A stretch of 64,000 nucleotides of DNA from an uncultured Erwinia sp. (GCA_946221915.1 CAMIKG010000006.1:28075-92074), one strand, 5' to 3'. Positions 48,175 through 58,050 are shown, counted from the stretch's first letter. Numbers and translations are program-made. Notes: generated by a model not told the origin, from the letters alone.

Positions 48175-48205
48175 TTAATTGTATTATTTCATTTAATACA
48201 ATTAA
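48175..48205. promoter_or_regulatory. Perfect 12-bp inverted repeat TTAATTGTATTA-N7-TAATACAATTAA in an AT-rich 840-bp intergenic region
   Basis: Seen directly. Lies between two divergent genes (the membrane protein at 47436..48053 and the cupin at 48891..49514). Confidence 0.4.
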
Positions 48206-48890
48206 AAATAAAAGACGATGTATTCTCGTTTATTTAACCTAATCGCAGACCATGGTGCAATACGGTTTTTCTTAACGGTTTTAAATTGCAAATGAGGTTA
48301 AATATTCAGTTTCTGATTTAACGTTATGCTTTTTAATATTTTACTTAATTCACGTTCGTGCGGTAAATGCATTCTGCTCGCGAAATGAGTAACCCTGTAT
48401 TTTGTCATCACCTTTTTTAAGCGTTTGTTCATGGGGCGCAGTGCAAAGCAGAAGAGAGGATGCCAGCTCAAACGCAGCGGTAAGAGGTGAAGTCATTAAG
48501 CGTATTAATGGCAATCAACCCTCTGCTTTACATCAAGATATTTGCCCTGACGCCGATAGTGAATGGCGGGTTAATTTTTTTTTGCAGCGGGGCGGTCGCT
48601 TCAGCCAGTAAGCGTACAGCGGGCAGCGCAGCGCCCGCTTCAGCGAGAAAACCGACGGGGACGAAAACACAGCCAGTGAGTTGTGCGCGAATGAAACTAA
48701 GGGTCAGCGAAGCGGTGACACGAGATGCGAATCCCTTGCGAATCCCTGTTTTATAGCCAAAGCAACGATTTGACTTAAGTCGCTAAAAATAAAGTGCTTT
48801 TGTGATCGCCATGACATTGATTTATGTTGCGCTGCTGTTAATTACTGCCAAACTTAACCTATCAACTATTACACCAACGGGAGAAGTCGT

Positions 48891-49514
48891 ATGTTCCCCT
48901 CAACAGGCAATATGTTATTGATGATGTCGTTTGCTGCAGGGACTTTTTTTTCCGGCACATCAAGCAATCCCCAGCATCTGATGCTGGCTGCGCCATCTAA
49001 TGGCATACCTAACAATTTGCTGCCACTGATCATCTACCCGCGTGTTGCGCCAGACGAGCTGTTTGATGAAGAAAATCCGGGCGATATTGCGGCTTTCTTT
49101 GAAGAGCGTTTTGCACAAAATGGCTGGATACCGCGCTGGCGCGATCAGGTGTTCCCGTATACCCACTACCATCCTAATACCCATGAACTGCTGGGCATTT
49201 GCGATGGCTGGGCAGAGATCCTGTTTGGCGGCGAAAGCGGACGTATGGTGACGCTGCGGGCGGGTGATGTGGTGCTGATTCCGGCTGGTGTGGGTCATCA
49301 GCAGGTTGCCGCCAGCGAAGAGTTCTTCGCGGTTGGCGCTTACCCTGGCGATATGGAACCGGTGATTCTGCGTGACGATCGCAGCATTATGGCGAACTCG
49401 ATTGAACAGATTAAACGCGTACCGTTACCAAAGACGGACCCCATCACCGGCGGCGAAGGCGCTGTCATTGACTACTGGCACCCGGTCGCAAAGCAGGCCG
49501 GCTACGCACTATAA
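48891..49514 (+). CDS. Cupin-domain protein (YjlB-like)
   Basis: ATG 48891 with GGGAGAAG RBS. The cupin motif region …GDVVLIPAGVGHQQ… fits a single beta-barrel cupin. The N-terminal 40 aa are unusual (possibly a later start). Confidence 0.65.
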   Translation: MFPSTGNMLLMMSFAAGTFFSGTSSNPQHLMLAAPSNGIPNNLLPLIIYPRVAPDELFDEENPGDIAAFFEERFAQNGWIPRWRDQVFPYTHYHPNTHELLGICDGWAEILFGGESGRMVTLRAGDVVLIPAGVGHQQVAASEEFFAVGAYPGDMEPVILRDDRSIMANSIEQIKRVPLPKTDPITGGEGAVIDYWHPVAKQAGYAL

Positions 49515-49540
49515 TGGTGCGTAGATATGGCTTACTCCCC

Positions 49541-49590
49541 TGACTACAACGGGCGCGCCACTGGCGTGCCCGTTATTGTTTTCGGTTTTC
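49541..49590 (+). terminator. Candidate rho-independent terminator of the cupin gene
   Basis: gggcgcgcc-actg-gcgtgccc imperfect stem followed by GTTATTGTTTTCGGTTTT. Confidence 0.45.
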
Positions 49591-49626
49591 CCGCCGCTGT
49601 AGTTAAAGCTATATCGCCGATCTGAT

Positions 49627-49730
49627 CCCCTCCCCCATAAAATGGGGGAGGGTTAGGGAGGGGGAGCAAGTGGCACCGAGCCAGTGGCTCCCCCATCCCA
49701 GCCTTCCTCCGCTCTTCGGGGGAAGGCGCC
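49627..49730. repeat. Cluster of G-rich palindromic units (REP/BIME-like extragenic repeat)
   Basis: CCCTCCCCC-ataaaat-GGGGGAGGG; GGGAGGGGGAGC…GCTCCCCCATCCC; GCCTTCC…GGAAGGC. Three consecutive hairpins. Confidence 0.5.
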
Positions 49731-49892
49731 GTTCGCGCTCATCTCAATTTTGTGACATTCCCCGAAAAAACATGCTTATAACTCCCTGAATTAATTGCAT
49801 CCAGTTCAATCATTACTCTAAAGCTAACAATCTGCCGCCAGGCTTTATTGATAGCAAAGCGCCCGCTTCCTACACTTCATACCCGTCAGGTT

Positions 49893-49908
49893 ATTCACAG
49901 AACTGAAT
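49893..49908. promoter_or_regulatory. T-N11-A palindrome ATTCA-CAGAAC-TGAAT upstream of mdcA; candidate MdcR (LysR-type) operator
   Basis: Perfect 5-bp arms with a 6-bp spacer, 19 bp upstream of the mdcA RBS. LysR-type regulators bind T-N11-A motifs. Confidence 0.4.
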
Positions 49909-49926
49909 TGAATCAGGAGGTTAACC

Positions 49927-51582
49927 ATGTTGCCTGGACAAGCGTCTGCACGTGTCTGGGATACGCGCCGCAGCGAAAAACGGCGTCGCATCGCTTCCCT
50001 AAATCTGCAGGGAAAAGTTTTACCCAACGATAATTTGCCAGCGCTGCTGGAAAAACTGATCGCCCCCGGCGACCGGGTGATTCTCGAAGGTAATAACCAG
50101 AAACAGGCCGATTTCCTTTCGCGCATGCTGGCGGAAGTGAACCCGGAAAAAGTCCACGACCTGCATATGATTATGCCAAGCGTTGGACGCAGCGAGCACC
50201 TTGATATCTTTGAAAAAGGCATCGCCCGCAAACTCGATTTCTCCTTTTCTGGCACCCAGAGCCTGCGTATCTCCCAGCTGCTGGAAGATGGCCTGCTGGA
50301 AATTGGCTCGATCCATACTTACATCGAGCTTTACGCCCGTCTGTATGTCGATTTAATCCCTAATGTCGCGCTGGTGGCGGGCTTTAAGGCTGACCGTAAA
50401 GGTAACCTCTATACCGGCCCGAGCACTGAAGATACTCCGGCGCTGGTGGAAGCGGCCGCGTTCCGCGATGGCCTGGTGATTGCTCAGGTCAACGAGCTGG
50501 TGGATGACGAGTGCGATCTGCCGCGCGTCGATATTCCCGGCTCATGGGTCGACTTTGTGGTGGTGGCCGACAAACCGTTCTTTATCGAACCGCTGTTCAC
50601 CCGCGACCCGCGCATGATCAAGCAGGAGCACATCCTGATGGCGATGATGGCGATTAAAGGCATCTACGCAGAACATCAGGTGCAGTCGCTGAACCACGGG
50701 ATTGGTTTTAACACTGCCGCCATCGAATTGCTGCTGCCAACCTACGGCGAACAGCTGGGGCTGAAAGGCAAAATCTGCCGCCACTGGGCGCTGAACCCGC
50801 ATCCAACGCTGATCCCGGCGATTGAGAGCGGCTGGGTGGAGAGCGTGCACAGCTTCGGCAGTGAGCTGGGGATGGAAAACTATATCGCCGCGCGTCCGGA
50901 CGTGTTCTTTACCGGCGCGGATGGCTCGATGCGTTCCAACCGCGCGCTGTGCCAGCTGGCAGGGCAATACGCCGTGGATATGTTTATCGGTTCAACGCTG
51001 CAGGTGGATGGCTACGCCAACTCCTCAACGGTGACCCGTGGCCGACTCTCTGGTTTCGGCGGTGCGCCGAATATGGGCCATGACCCGCACGGCCGTCGTC
51101 ACGCTACCCCCGCCTGGCTGGCGATGATCGACCAGCCTGACCCGATGGTACGTGGTCGTAAGCTGGTGGTGCAGATGGTGGAAACCTTCCAGGCGGGGGT
51201 GAAACCGACCTTTGTGGAAAAACTCGATGCCGTCGACGTGGCGAAAAGCGCCGGTATGCCGCTCGCGCCGGTGATGATCTACGGCGATGACGTCACTCAT
51301 GTACTGACCGAAGAGGGGATTGCTTACCTTTATCGCGCGCACTCGATGGAAGAGCGCCGCGCGATGGTGGCGGCGGTCGCCGGTATCACCGATATCGGAC
51401 TGGGCGTCGATGCAGCCCGCGTGGCGCAGCTGCGTCGCGAAGGCAAAGTGGCATTCCCGGAAGATCTCGGCATTCGCCGCACCGAAGCCAGCCGTTCTCT
51501 GCTGGCGGCGGGCAGCGTGGCGGATCTGGTTGAGTGGTCGGGCGGCCTGTATAACCCACCGGCGAAATTCCGGAGCTGGTAA
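49927..51582 (+). CDS. mdcA: Malonate decarboxylase alpha subunit (acetyl-S-ACP:malonate ACP transferase)
   Basis: 551 aa with CAGGAGG RBS. Collinear with Klebsiella MdcA. First gene of the mdcABCDEFGH order. Confidence 0.9.
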   Translation: MLPGQASARVWDTRRSEKRRRIASLNLQGKVLPNDNLPALLEKLIAPGDRVILEGNNQKQADFLSRMLAEVNPEKVHDLHMIMPSVGRSEHLDIFEKGIARKLDFSFSGTQSLRISQLLEDGLLEIGSIHTYIELYARLYVDLIPNVALVAGFKADRKGNLYTGPSTEDTPALVEAAAFRDGLVIAQVNELVDDECDLPRVDIPGSWVDFVVVADKPFFIEPLFTRDPRMIKQEHILMAMMAIKGIYAEHQVQSLNHGIGFNTAAIELLLPTYGEQLGLKGKICRHWALNPHPTLIPAIESGWVESVHSFGSELGMENYIAARPDVFFTGADGSMRSNRALCQLAGQYAVDMFIGSTLQVDGYANSSTVTRGRLSGFGGAPNMGHDPHGRRHATPAWLAMIDQPDPMVRGRKLVVQMVETFQAGVKPTFVEKLDAVDVAKSAGMPLAPVMIYGDDVTHVLTEEGIAYLYRAHSMEERRAMVAAVAGITDIGLGVDAARVAQLRREGKVAFPEDLGIRRTEASRSLLAAGSVADLVEWSGGLYNPPAKFRSW

Positions 51583-52436
51583 TGAAACGACAACCCGGTT
51601 TTTCCGCTACTGATGTCGAACGTGAAGCGCAGCGGTTAGCGTGGGTCGCGACGGGCTGTCTGATTGATGAAGCCCGCCTCAGCCCGAAACCCGGGCTGGT
51701 GGATGCGCGCGGCAATGGTGCGCATCAGGATCTCAGCCTGGCGCTGATGGAACGTTCGGCACACAGCCTGACGCCGACGTTTTACGCGCTGGCGCTACAC
51801 AGCTGGCAGCGCACGGCGGATATCGCCCTGCGCCAGCAGGTGGGAAAACTGGGGCGTGCCGGGGAAGCCAGCATGATGGCCGCCACCGGCGGCGTAAATA
51901 CCCATCGCGGCGCGATCTGGGCGCTGGGGCTGCTGGTGTCGGCGGCGGCGATGCAGGGAGAGGCGGCCAGCGCGCAACAGCTGACCAGCGCTGCGGCGCA
52001 ACTGGCGCAACTGCCGGACACGGCCGCGCCGAAATCCTTCAGCAAGGGGTTACGCGCCAGCCAGCGCTATCAGGTGCCGGGCGCGCGCGAAGAGGCGCAG
52101 CAGGGTTTTCCGCACATTATGCAGCGGGCGCTGCCGCAACTGTGGCGCAGTCGTGACCACGGTGCGGATGAAGCCAGCGCGCGGCTGGATGCGCTGATGG
52201 CGATTATGACCTCGCTCAGCGACACCTGTGTGCTGTCGCGCGCCGGACTGGCTGGTTTGCAGTCGATGCAGCAGGGCGCACAGCAGGTGCTGAGGGCAGG
52301 TGGCTGTGCCACCTCCGCCGGACGCAGCGCGCTGGCGCAGCTGGACAGGCGCATGCTGCTGCTCAATGCCTCGCCGGGCGGCGCGGCTGATCTGCTGGCC
52401 GCGACCCTGTTTATCGACCGCATGACGGTTAATTAA
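51582..52436 (+). CDS. mdcB: Triphosphoribosyl-dephospho-CoA synthase
   Basis: ATG overlaps the mdcA stop (TAATG). 284 aa, CitG/MdcB family. Confidence 0.88.
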   Translation: MKRQPGFSATDVEREAQRLAWVATGCLIDEARLSPKPGLVDARGNGAHQDLSLALMERSAHSLTPTFYALALHSWQRTADIALRQQVGKLGRAGEASMMAATGGVNTHRGAIWALGLLVSAAAMQGEAASAQQLTSAAAQLAQLPDTAAPKSFSKGLRASQRYQVPGAREEAQQGFPHIMQRALPQLWRSRDHGADEASARLDALMAIMTSLSDTCVLSRAGLAGLQSMQQGAQQVLRAGGCATSAGRSALAQLDRRMLLLNASPGGAADLLAATLFIDRMTVN

Positions 52437-52454
52437 TTTATCTATGAGGACGTT

Positions 52455-52754
52455 ATGGAACAAATCACCTTATCGTTTCCGGCCACGCGCACGCTGAACG
52501 GCAAAGCGCTGGCGGGCGTGGTGGGTTCTGGCGATCTGGAAGCGCTGTTTGTGGCGAACACTGACAGCACACTGCATGTCGCGATCACCACTTCGGTAGA
52601 CAACAGCGAAGCGCGCTGGCGTGCGCTGTTTGACCGCTTAGCCACCCTCGGCAGCCTGCCGGGCGGCAACCTGACTATTCACGATTTTGGCGCGACGCCG
52701 GGCGTGGCGCGTATCCGTATCGAACAGGTATTTGAGGAGGCGAGCGATGCGTAA
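52455..52754 (+). CDS. mdcC: Malonate decarboxylase acyl carrier protein (delta subunit)
   Basis: 99 aa, MEQITLSFPATRTLNGKALAGVVGSGDLEALF…; the Ser in GSGD is the prosthetic-group attachment site. Confidence 0.88.
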   Translation: MEQITLSFPATRTLNGKALAGVVGSGDLEALFVANTDSTLHVAITTSVDNSEARWRALFDRLATLGSLPGGNLTIHDFGATPGVARIRIEQVFEEASDA

Positions 52755-53583
52755 CGACAGCAGCTTTATTGAGCTGAGAGCGCGCGACCGTGCGCGTCAG
52801 CTGCTGGATCAGGGCAGCTTCCGCGAACTGCTCGATCCGTTTGCCGGTATTGTCTCACCGTGGCTGGGCGGCCAGGGCATTGTGCCGCAGGCCGACGATG
52901 GCATGGTGGTGGCGAAAGGCGCCATTAACGGTCAGCCAGCGGTAGTCATCGCCGTTGAGGGCGCATTCCAGGGCGGCAGTATGGGCGAAGTGTCCGGCGC
53001 GAAAATGGCGGCGGCGCTGGAGCTGGCGGCGGAAGACAACCGTAACGGCATCCCGACTCAGGCGGTACTGTGCCTGGAAACCGGCGGTGTGCGTCTGCAG
53101 GAGGCTAACCTCGGGCTGGCGGCGATTGCCGATATTCATGCGGCAATTGTCGATCTGCGCCGTTATACCCCGGTGATCGGCGTGATTGCCGGTACTGTCG
53201 GCTGCTTTGGCGGCATGTCGATTGCCGCCGCGCTGTGCAGTTATCTGATCGTGACCCGTGAAGCGCGTCTGGGCCTCAACGGTCCGCAGGTTATCGAACA
53301 GGAAGCGGGCATTGATGAGTATGACTCACGCGACCGTCCGTTTATCTGGAGCATGACCGGCGGCGAAGTGCGCTACCAGAGTGGTCTGGTGGATGCGCTG
53401 GTCGGTGACGGCGTGCAGGCGGTGAAACAGGCGGTGAATGACGCTATCGCCAAAGGCGTGCCAGCGAAACACCGTTCTGATAACTATGACTATTTCCTGC
53501 CGCGTCTGCAGGCGTTCGACACCCGCAAACAGGCGGATGCTGAGCAGATTAAACAGCTGTTTTCCGGGGAGGATCGCGCATGA
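52747..53583 (+). CDS. mdcD: Malonate decarboxylase beta subunit (carboxyltransferase)
   Basis: ATG 52747 overlaps the mdcC 3' end by 8 bp. Carboxyltransferase fold, 278 aa. Confidence 0.88.
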   Translation: MRNDSSFIELRARDRARQLLDQGSFRELLDPFAGIVSPWLGGQGIVPQADDGMVVAKGAINGQPAVVIAVEGAFQGGSMGEVSGAKMAAALELAAEDNRNGIPTQAVLCLETGGVRLQEANLGLAAIADIHAAIVDLRRYTPVIGVIAGTVGCFGGMSIAAALCSYLIVTREARLGLNGPQVIEQEAGIDEYDSRDRPFIWSMTGGEVRYQSGLVDALVGDGVQAVKQAVNDAIAKGVPAKHRSDNYDYFLPRLQAFDTRKQADAEQIKQLFSGEDRA

Positions 53584-54383
53584 GCCAGAATATCAGTCGT
53601 GGTGAACGCTGGCTGTCACTGTTAACCCGCAATAGCGCACGTTTGCCGGGCCTGTGCCCGTCAGTGCAGGTGGTGGACAGCACTCTTGATGGCCTGCCTG
53701 CCCGCTTTATCGCCGTGGTGCCGGATGCCAGCAACCACTACCCACGCGCCGCAGGCGGTGAAGTGGGTTTGCTGGAAGGCTGGACGCTGGCGAAAGTGGT
53801 TAACGAAACCGTGGCCGCCGACGCAGATCGGGCGGAAAAACGCGTGATTGTCGCGGTGATTGATGTCCCGAGCCAGGCGTATGGCCGCCGTGAAGAGGCG
53901 TTTGGTATTCACCAGGCGCTGGCGGGCGCAGCGGGCGCCTATGCTAACGCGCGTCTTGCCGGGCATCCGGTGATTGGCCTGATTGTCGGCAAAGCGATGT
54001 CCGGCGCGTTTCTGGCGCACGGGTATCAGGCTAACCAGCTGATCGCCTTCAACGACAATGGTGTGATGATCCACGCGATGGGCAAAGAGTCTGCCGCACG
54101 TATTACCCTGCGCAGTGTGGAAGCGCTGGAGAAACTGGCCGCCACGGTGCCGCCGATGGCCTATGACATCGCTAACTATCAGACCCTCGGCCTGCTGGAT
54201 AACCTGCTGGACATTCCACAGCCGGATCAGCCGACCGATCGCGACCTTCAGGTGGTGATCGATGCGCTGATTAACGCCGCCAGCCAGGCACGCCGCAGCG
54301 ATCGCACGCTGCGCCACCGCCTGCGTGGCGACAACCGCCGCAGTTCCGCGCTGGTGCGCGAGCGCATGCGCGCGGAGTGGTAA
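53580..54383 (+). CDS. mdcE: Malonate decarboxylase gamma subunit
   Basis: ATGA start/stop overlap with mdcD. 267 aa. Confidence 0.88.
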   Translation: MSQNISRGERWLSLLTRNSARLPGLCPSVQVVDSTLDGLPARFIAVVPDASNHYPRAAGGEVGLLEGWTLAKVVNETVAADADRAEKRVIVAVIDVPSQAYGRREEAFGIHQALAGAAGAYANARLAGHPVIGLIVGKAMSGAFLAHGYQANQLIAFNDNGVMIHAMGKESAARITLRSVEALEKLAATVPPMAYDIANYQTLGLLDNLLDIPQPDQPTDRDLQVVIDALINAASQARRSDRTLRHRLRGDNRRSSALVRERMRAEW

Positions 54384-54515
54384 CACCTTAAAAGACAGAC
54401 CTGCAAGCTGTCGTGGCGACGGGCATCAGCCGATGCCCGTCCCGAAACGGCTGACCAAAACTATAACGACATCGCGCCTGTGCTAAATCATAACTTAATG
54501 TTTCCAGGTGACTTT

Positions 54516-55475
54516 ATGACTTACGTAATCGTTCATGCCCTTGCGCCAATTTTTCTGATTATGCTGTTAGGCTTTTACGCCGGTAAGGCGAAGATGGTGG
54601 ATAACCGCAACGTCTCGCTGCTGAATATTTTTGTCATGGACTTTGCGCTGCCTGCGGCACTGTTTGCCGCGACGGTGCAGACACCGTGGAGCGGCATTGT
54701 GCAGCAGTGGCCGCTGGTGGTGGTGCTGACGCTGGCGATGTGGCTGACGTTTGCCGCGATTTACTTTTTCTCTACCCGTATTTTGCATAAAACCCCGCAG
54801 GACGCGGCGGTGCTGACCCTGACGGTGGCGCTGCCCAACTATGCCGCGCTGGGCCTGCCGATCCTCAACAGCGTGCTGGGGGAAGGCCCGTCAACCTCGT
54901 TGTCGGTTGCCGTCTCGATTGCCTGCGGTTCAGTGCTGATGACGCCGTTCTGCCTGCTGATCCTCGAACGCGAAAAAGCGTTACAGGCGGGCAGCAGCAG
55001 CGGTGCAGGGCTGGCGATGCTGCCGGTACTGATGTGGCGCTCGGTCACTAAACCGATTGTCTGGGGACCGCTGCTCGGCGTGGTGTTCTCGGCGTTTGGT
55101 CTGCGTATGCCGGACCTGCTGCTGACCTCGCTGAAACCGCTGGGCCTTGCCGCCACCGCTGCCGCGCTGTTCCTGACCGGCGTCATCCTCTCCGCCCGTC
55201 AGCTGAAAATTAACCGCGCAGTGATTATCGGCAGCCTGATGACCATGCTGGTGCAGCCGTTTATCGCCTGGGGTGTGGTGCTGCTGCTGGGGGTGCACGG
55301 TTCACTGGCGATCACCGCGATTCTGATGATTGCGCTTTCTGCAGGCTTCTTTGGCGTGGTGTTTGGCAACCGTTTTGGCGTGTCCTCGCCGGATGCGGAA
55401 GCAACATTGCTGATTAGCTCCGTGCTCTGTATTGTCACGCTGCCACTGTTTATTTCACTGACCGCAGGACTCTGA
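54516..55475 (+). CDS. mdcF: Malonate transporter, AEC (auxin efflux carrier) family
   Basis: 10-TM AEC-family permease MTYVIVHALAPIFLIMLLGFYAGK… in the conserved mdcF position. Confidence 0.82.
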   Translation: MTYVIVHALAPIFLIMLLGFYAGKAKMVDNRNVSLLNIFVMDFALPAALFAATVQTPWSGIVQQWPLVVVLTLAMWLTFAAIYFFSTRILHKTPQDAAVLTLTVALPNYAALGLPILNSVLGEGPSTSLSVAVSIACGSVLMTPFCLLILEREKALQAGSSSGAGLAMLPVLMWRSVTKPIVWGPLLGVVFSAFGLRMPDLLLTSLKPLGLAATAAALFLTGVILSARQLKINRAVIIGSLMTMLVQPFIAWGVVLLLGVHGSLAITAILMIALSAGFFGVVFGNRFGVSSPDAEATLLISSVLCIVTLPLFISLTAGL

Positions 55476-55479
55476 TGTG

Positions 55480-56088
55480 ATGACGCCACGCCCGCACGAC
55501 CTGATCTGGCTTGATGCCGCCGATGCCCTGCAGGGCGAGCTGCCCGACTGGGTCAGCGCCCAGTGGCGCGCGGCGCTGCCGCTGGTGGTGCGGCGTGACA
55601 GCCATCCACAGGGATTGGTTGCGGTGGGCGTGCGCGGTATGCGCCGTGACCAGCGGGCGGCGGGCTGGGTTAACGCCGCCGCTATCCGCCGCCGGCGGTC
55701 GCCGGAAAGTCTGGCGGACGCCAGCCTGCTGCTGCGTTCGCCGTTTGTCTCGCAACAGCCAGTGCAGGCGGCGATCGTTATCGCGCAGCAGGCCTGGCCG
55801 TGGCAGTGGGGCATCACCGGCAGCTGCGGCTATGCGCTGGCGACAGAAGTGCCGGTGCTGCACAGCGCCAGCGATCTCGATCTGCTGATCCGTGCGCCGC
55901 AGCCGCTGGCGCGTGAGGCGCTGCTGCGCTGGCGCGATTGCCTCGCCGCGCTGCCGTGCCGTGCGGATACGCAGGTGGAAACACCGTCTGGCGCCTTTGC
56001 CCTGAACGAGTGGCTGCGCGATGGCAAAGCGATGCTGAAAACTCACCATGGACCGCTGCTGGTGCGCGATCCGTGGCAGACGCAATAA
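55480..56088 (+). CDS. mdcG: Phosphoribosyl-dephospho-CoA transferase (holo-ACP synthase for MdcC)
   Basis: ATG 55480 (GTG 55477 also possible) 5 bp after the mdcF stop. 203 aa. Confidence 0.85.
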   Translation: MTPRPHDLIWLDAADALQGELPDWVSAQWRAALPLVVRRDSHPQGLVAVGVRGMRRDQRAAGWVNAAAIRRRRSPESLADASLLLRSPFVSQQPVQAAIVIAQQAWPWQWGITGSCGYALATEVPVLHSASDLDLLIRAPQPLAREALLRWRDCLAALPCRADTQVETPSGAFALNEWLRDGKAMLKTHHGPLLVRDPWQTQ

Positions 56089-56146
56089 GCATCGCAGCAG
56101 CTCCGGGAAGACGGGGCTTATCTGTTTTTTCCAGCCAGGAGGCGTG

Positions 56147-57052
56147 ATGAGAAAAATTTTATTTACCTTTCCCGGTCAGGGTCCGCAGTATCCGGGGATG
56201 CTGCAGCAACTGCCTGACGGCGATGCGTGGCTGGCGCAGGCCAGCGACATTCTGGGTGAAGATGCCCGCCAGCTGGATACGGCGGCGGCGTTACAGCACA
56301 CCCGTGCGGTACAGCTGAGCCTGCTGATCAGCGGCGTGGCGTGGGCCAGCCATCTGGCGGCACAGCAGCTGACGCCGGATTTTGTCAGCGGGCTGTCGAT
56401 TGGTGCTTTTCCTGCCGCGGTGGCGGCGGGCGCGCTGGATATCACTGATGCCCTGCGCCTGGTGGCGCTGCGCGGTGAGCTGATGGAGCAGGCCTATCCG
56501 CAGGGCTATGGTTTAACCGCGATTATCGGTTTAACGCAATACCAGCTTGAACCGCTGCTGGGTGACAGCTTCCTGGCGAATATTAATGACCGGCTGCAGA
56601 TGGTAGTGGCAGGCAGCGAACAGGCGATGGCGGCAACGGCGCAGCGTGCGCTGGCGGCAGGCGCGCAGAAGGCGCAGCGGCTGGCGGTCAGCGTGCCGTC
56701 ACACTGTGCCTTACTGCAGCAGGCTGCGGAAAAGCTGGCGGCGGCGTTCAGTTCGGTGAGCGTGAAACGTCCACGTGTCGCGTATCTCAGCGGCAGCACC
56801 GGGCGGGTGATCTGGCAGCCGGAACGCATCGTGCAGGATCTGGCTTTCAATATGGCGAATACCGTGCGCTGGCATGAGGCGATGGGCGCGGCCAATGAGC
56901 GTGATGTCGGGCTGGCGCTTGAGATGCCACCTGGCGCGGTGCTGACCGGGCTGACGCGTAAGACGCTGTGCCGTGGTGAAGCGCTGTCGCTGGAGCAGGG
57001 CGGTGTGGATCTGGCGCTCAAACTGGCGCAGCGGCTGCGCGTCTCAGCATGA
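56147..57052 (+). CDS. mdcH: Malonyl-CoA:ACP transacylase
   Basis: MRKILFTFPGQGPQYPGML…GLSIGAF… (FabD-like GxSxG). CAGGAGG RBS. Confidence 0.88.
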   Translation: MRKILFTFPGQGPQYPGMLQQLPDGDAWLAQASDILGEDARQLDTAAALQHTRAVQLSLLISGVAWASHLAAQQLTPDFVSGLSIGAFPAAVAAGALDITDALRLVALRGELMEQAYPQGYGLTAIIGLTQYQLEPLLGDSFLANINDRLQMVVAGSEQAMAATAQRALAAGAQKAQRLAVSVPSHCALLQQAAEKLAAAFSSVSVKRPRVAYLSGSTGRVIWQPERIVQDLAFNMANTVRWHEAMGAANERDVGLALEMPPGAVLTGLTRKTLCRGEALSLEQGGVDLALKLAQRLRVSA

Positions 57053-57071
57053 CTGCGCGCCAGAACATGCA

Positions 57072-57093
57072 CGGCGGCGATTAAGCGCCGCCG
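57072..57093. terminator. Hairpin between convergent mdcH and mdcR (CGGCGGCG-attaa-GCGCCGCCG)
   Basis: Seen directly. No strong U-run on either side. Confidence 0.35.
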
Positions 57094-57105
57094 TATGCGG
57101 GCAAA

Positions 57106-58050
57106 TCAGCCGCGTGGCGGTGCGATATGACCCACGCCGCTGTCGCGGCTATACATGCGGCCTTCCGCCACCAGCGCCAGCAGATTGGGGTCGTGCTCGC
57201 GGTTATTGTTAAACACGATGGCAATGGTTTGCCGCATCTGATACGGCTCGGCCAGCTTCATCAGCTGCAGTGAATTCTCATACACCTTTTTCATCCTGCC
57301 CGGCACCAGCGTAAAGCCGACGCCCGCCTGCACCAGACTCAGCAGCGAAAAGATATCGTTGACGCGCATGACGATGTCCGGCTCAAAACCGGCGACGTGA
57401 AAGGCTTCCTGAAAACCGTGGTAGGTGGCGAATCCCTCGGCCAGCGAAACAAATTTTTGCTGGCGGAAGTCGCGCAGATCCGCTTCGGCGTGAATATCCA
57501 GCTGTGAGCTGGCGGGGGCGGCGAGGAAGATATCATCTTCAAACAGCGGCAGTACCTGGTGGCGATGGCTATCAATCTGGCTGTCATTCACCGACAGCAG
57601 CACCGCATCCAGCTGGCCGTCTTCCAGTTTATCCAGCAGCATCTGATTGGACCCCATCATCAGCTCCAGTTCCAGATCGGGACGACGCAGCTTCATGCCC
57701 ATCACCAGACGCGGCACGGTTTCCAGCGTCAGCGAATAGAGCGTGCCGATGCGCATCCGCCCCTGGCCGACGCCCGCGGTTTTTCGCGCCTCATCAATGC
57801 CGCGCGCCATGACATCGACCGCATCGAGACTGTGCTCCAGCAGGGTTTGCGCCGCCGGCAGCGGCAGCAGGTTGCGACCTTTATGGATAAACAGCGGGCA
57901 GCGCACGCTCTCTTCCAGCGTATGCAGGGCGCGATGCACGCTGACGCTGCTTAATCCCAGCATTTCAGCGGTGCGGGCGATATTGCCGTTGGCCATAAAC
58001 GCGATAAAAATTTCCAGCTTGCGTAAGCTGATATCGGCATCAATTTTCAT
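57106..58050 (-). CDS. mdcR: LysR-family transcriptional regulator of the malonate operon
   Basis: MKIDADISLRKLEIFIAFMANGNIARTAEMLGLSSVSVHRAL… (LysR HTH). Convergent to and immediately after mdcH, as in Klebsiella. Confidence 0.85.
   Translation of the reverse strand: MKIDADISLRKLEIFIAFMANGNIARTAEMLGLSSVSVHRALHTLEESVRCPLFIHKGRNLLPLPAAQTLLEHSLDAVDVMARGIDEARKTAGVGQGRMRIGTLYSLTLETVPRLVMGMKLRRPDLELELMMGSNQMLLDKLEDGQLDAVLLSVNDSQIDSHRHQVLPLFEDDIFLAAPASSQLDIHAEADLRDFRQQKFVSLAEGFATYHGFQEAFHVAGFEPDIVMRVNDIFSLLSLVQAGVGFTLVPGRMKKVYENSLQLMKLAEPYQMRQTIAIVFNNNREHDPNLLALVAEGRMYSRDSGVGHIAPPRG

Noticed and set aside
48402-48756. Small ORFs (69 and 89 aa) in the 840-bp AT-rich gap
   Set aside because: No RBS, atypical composition, overlapping frames. 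More consistent with non-coding regulatory DNA.
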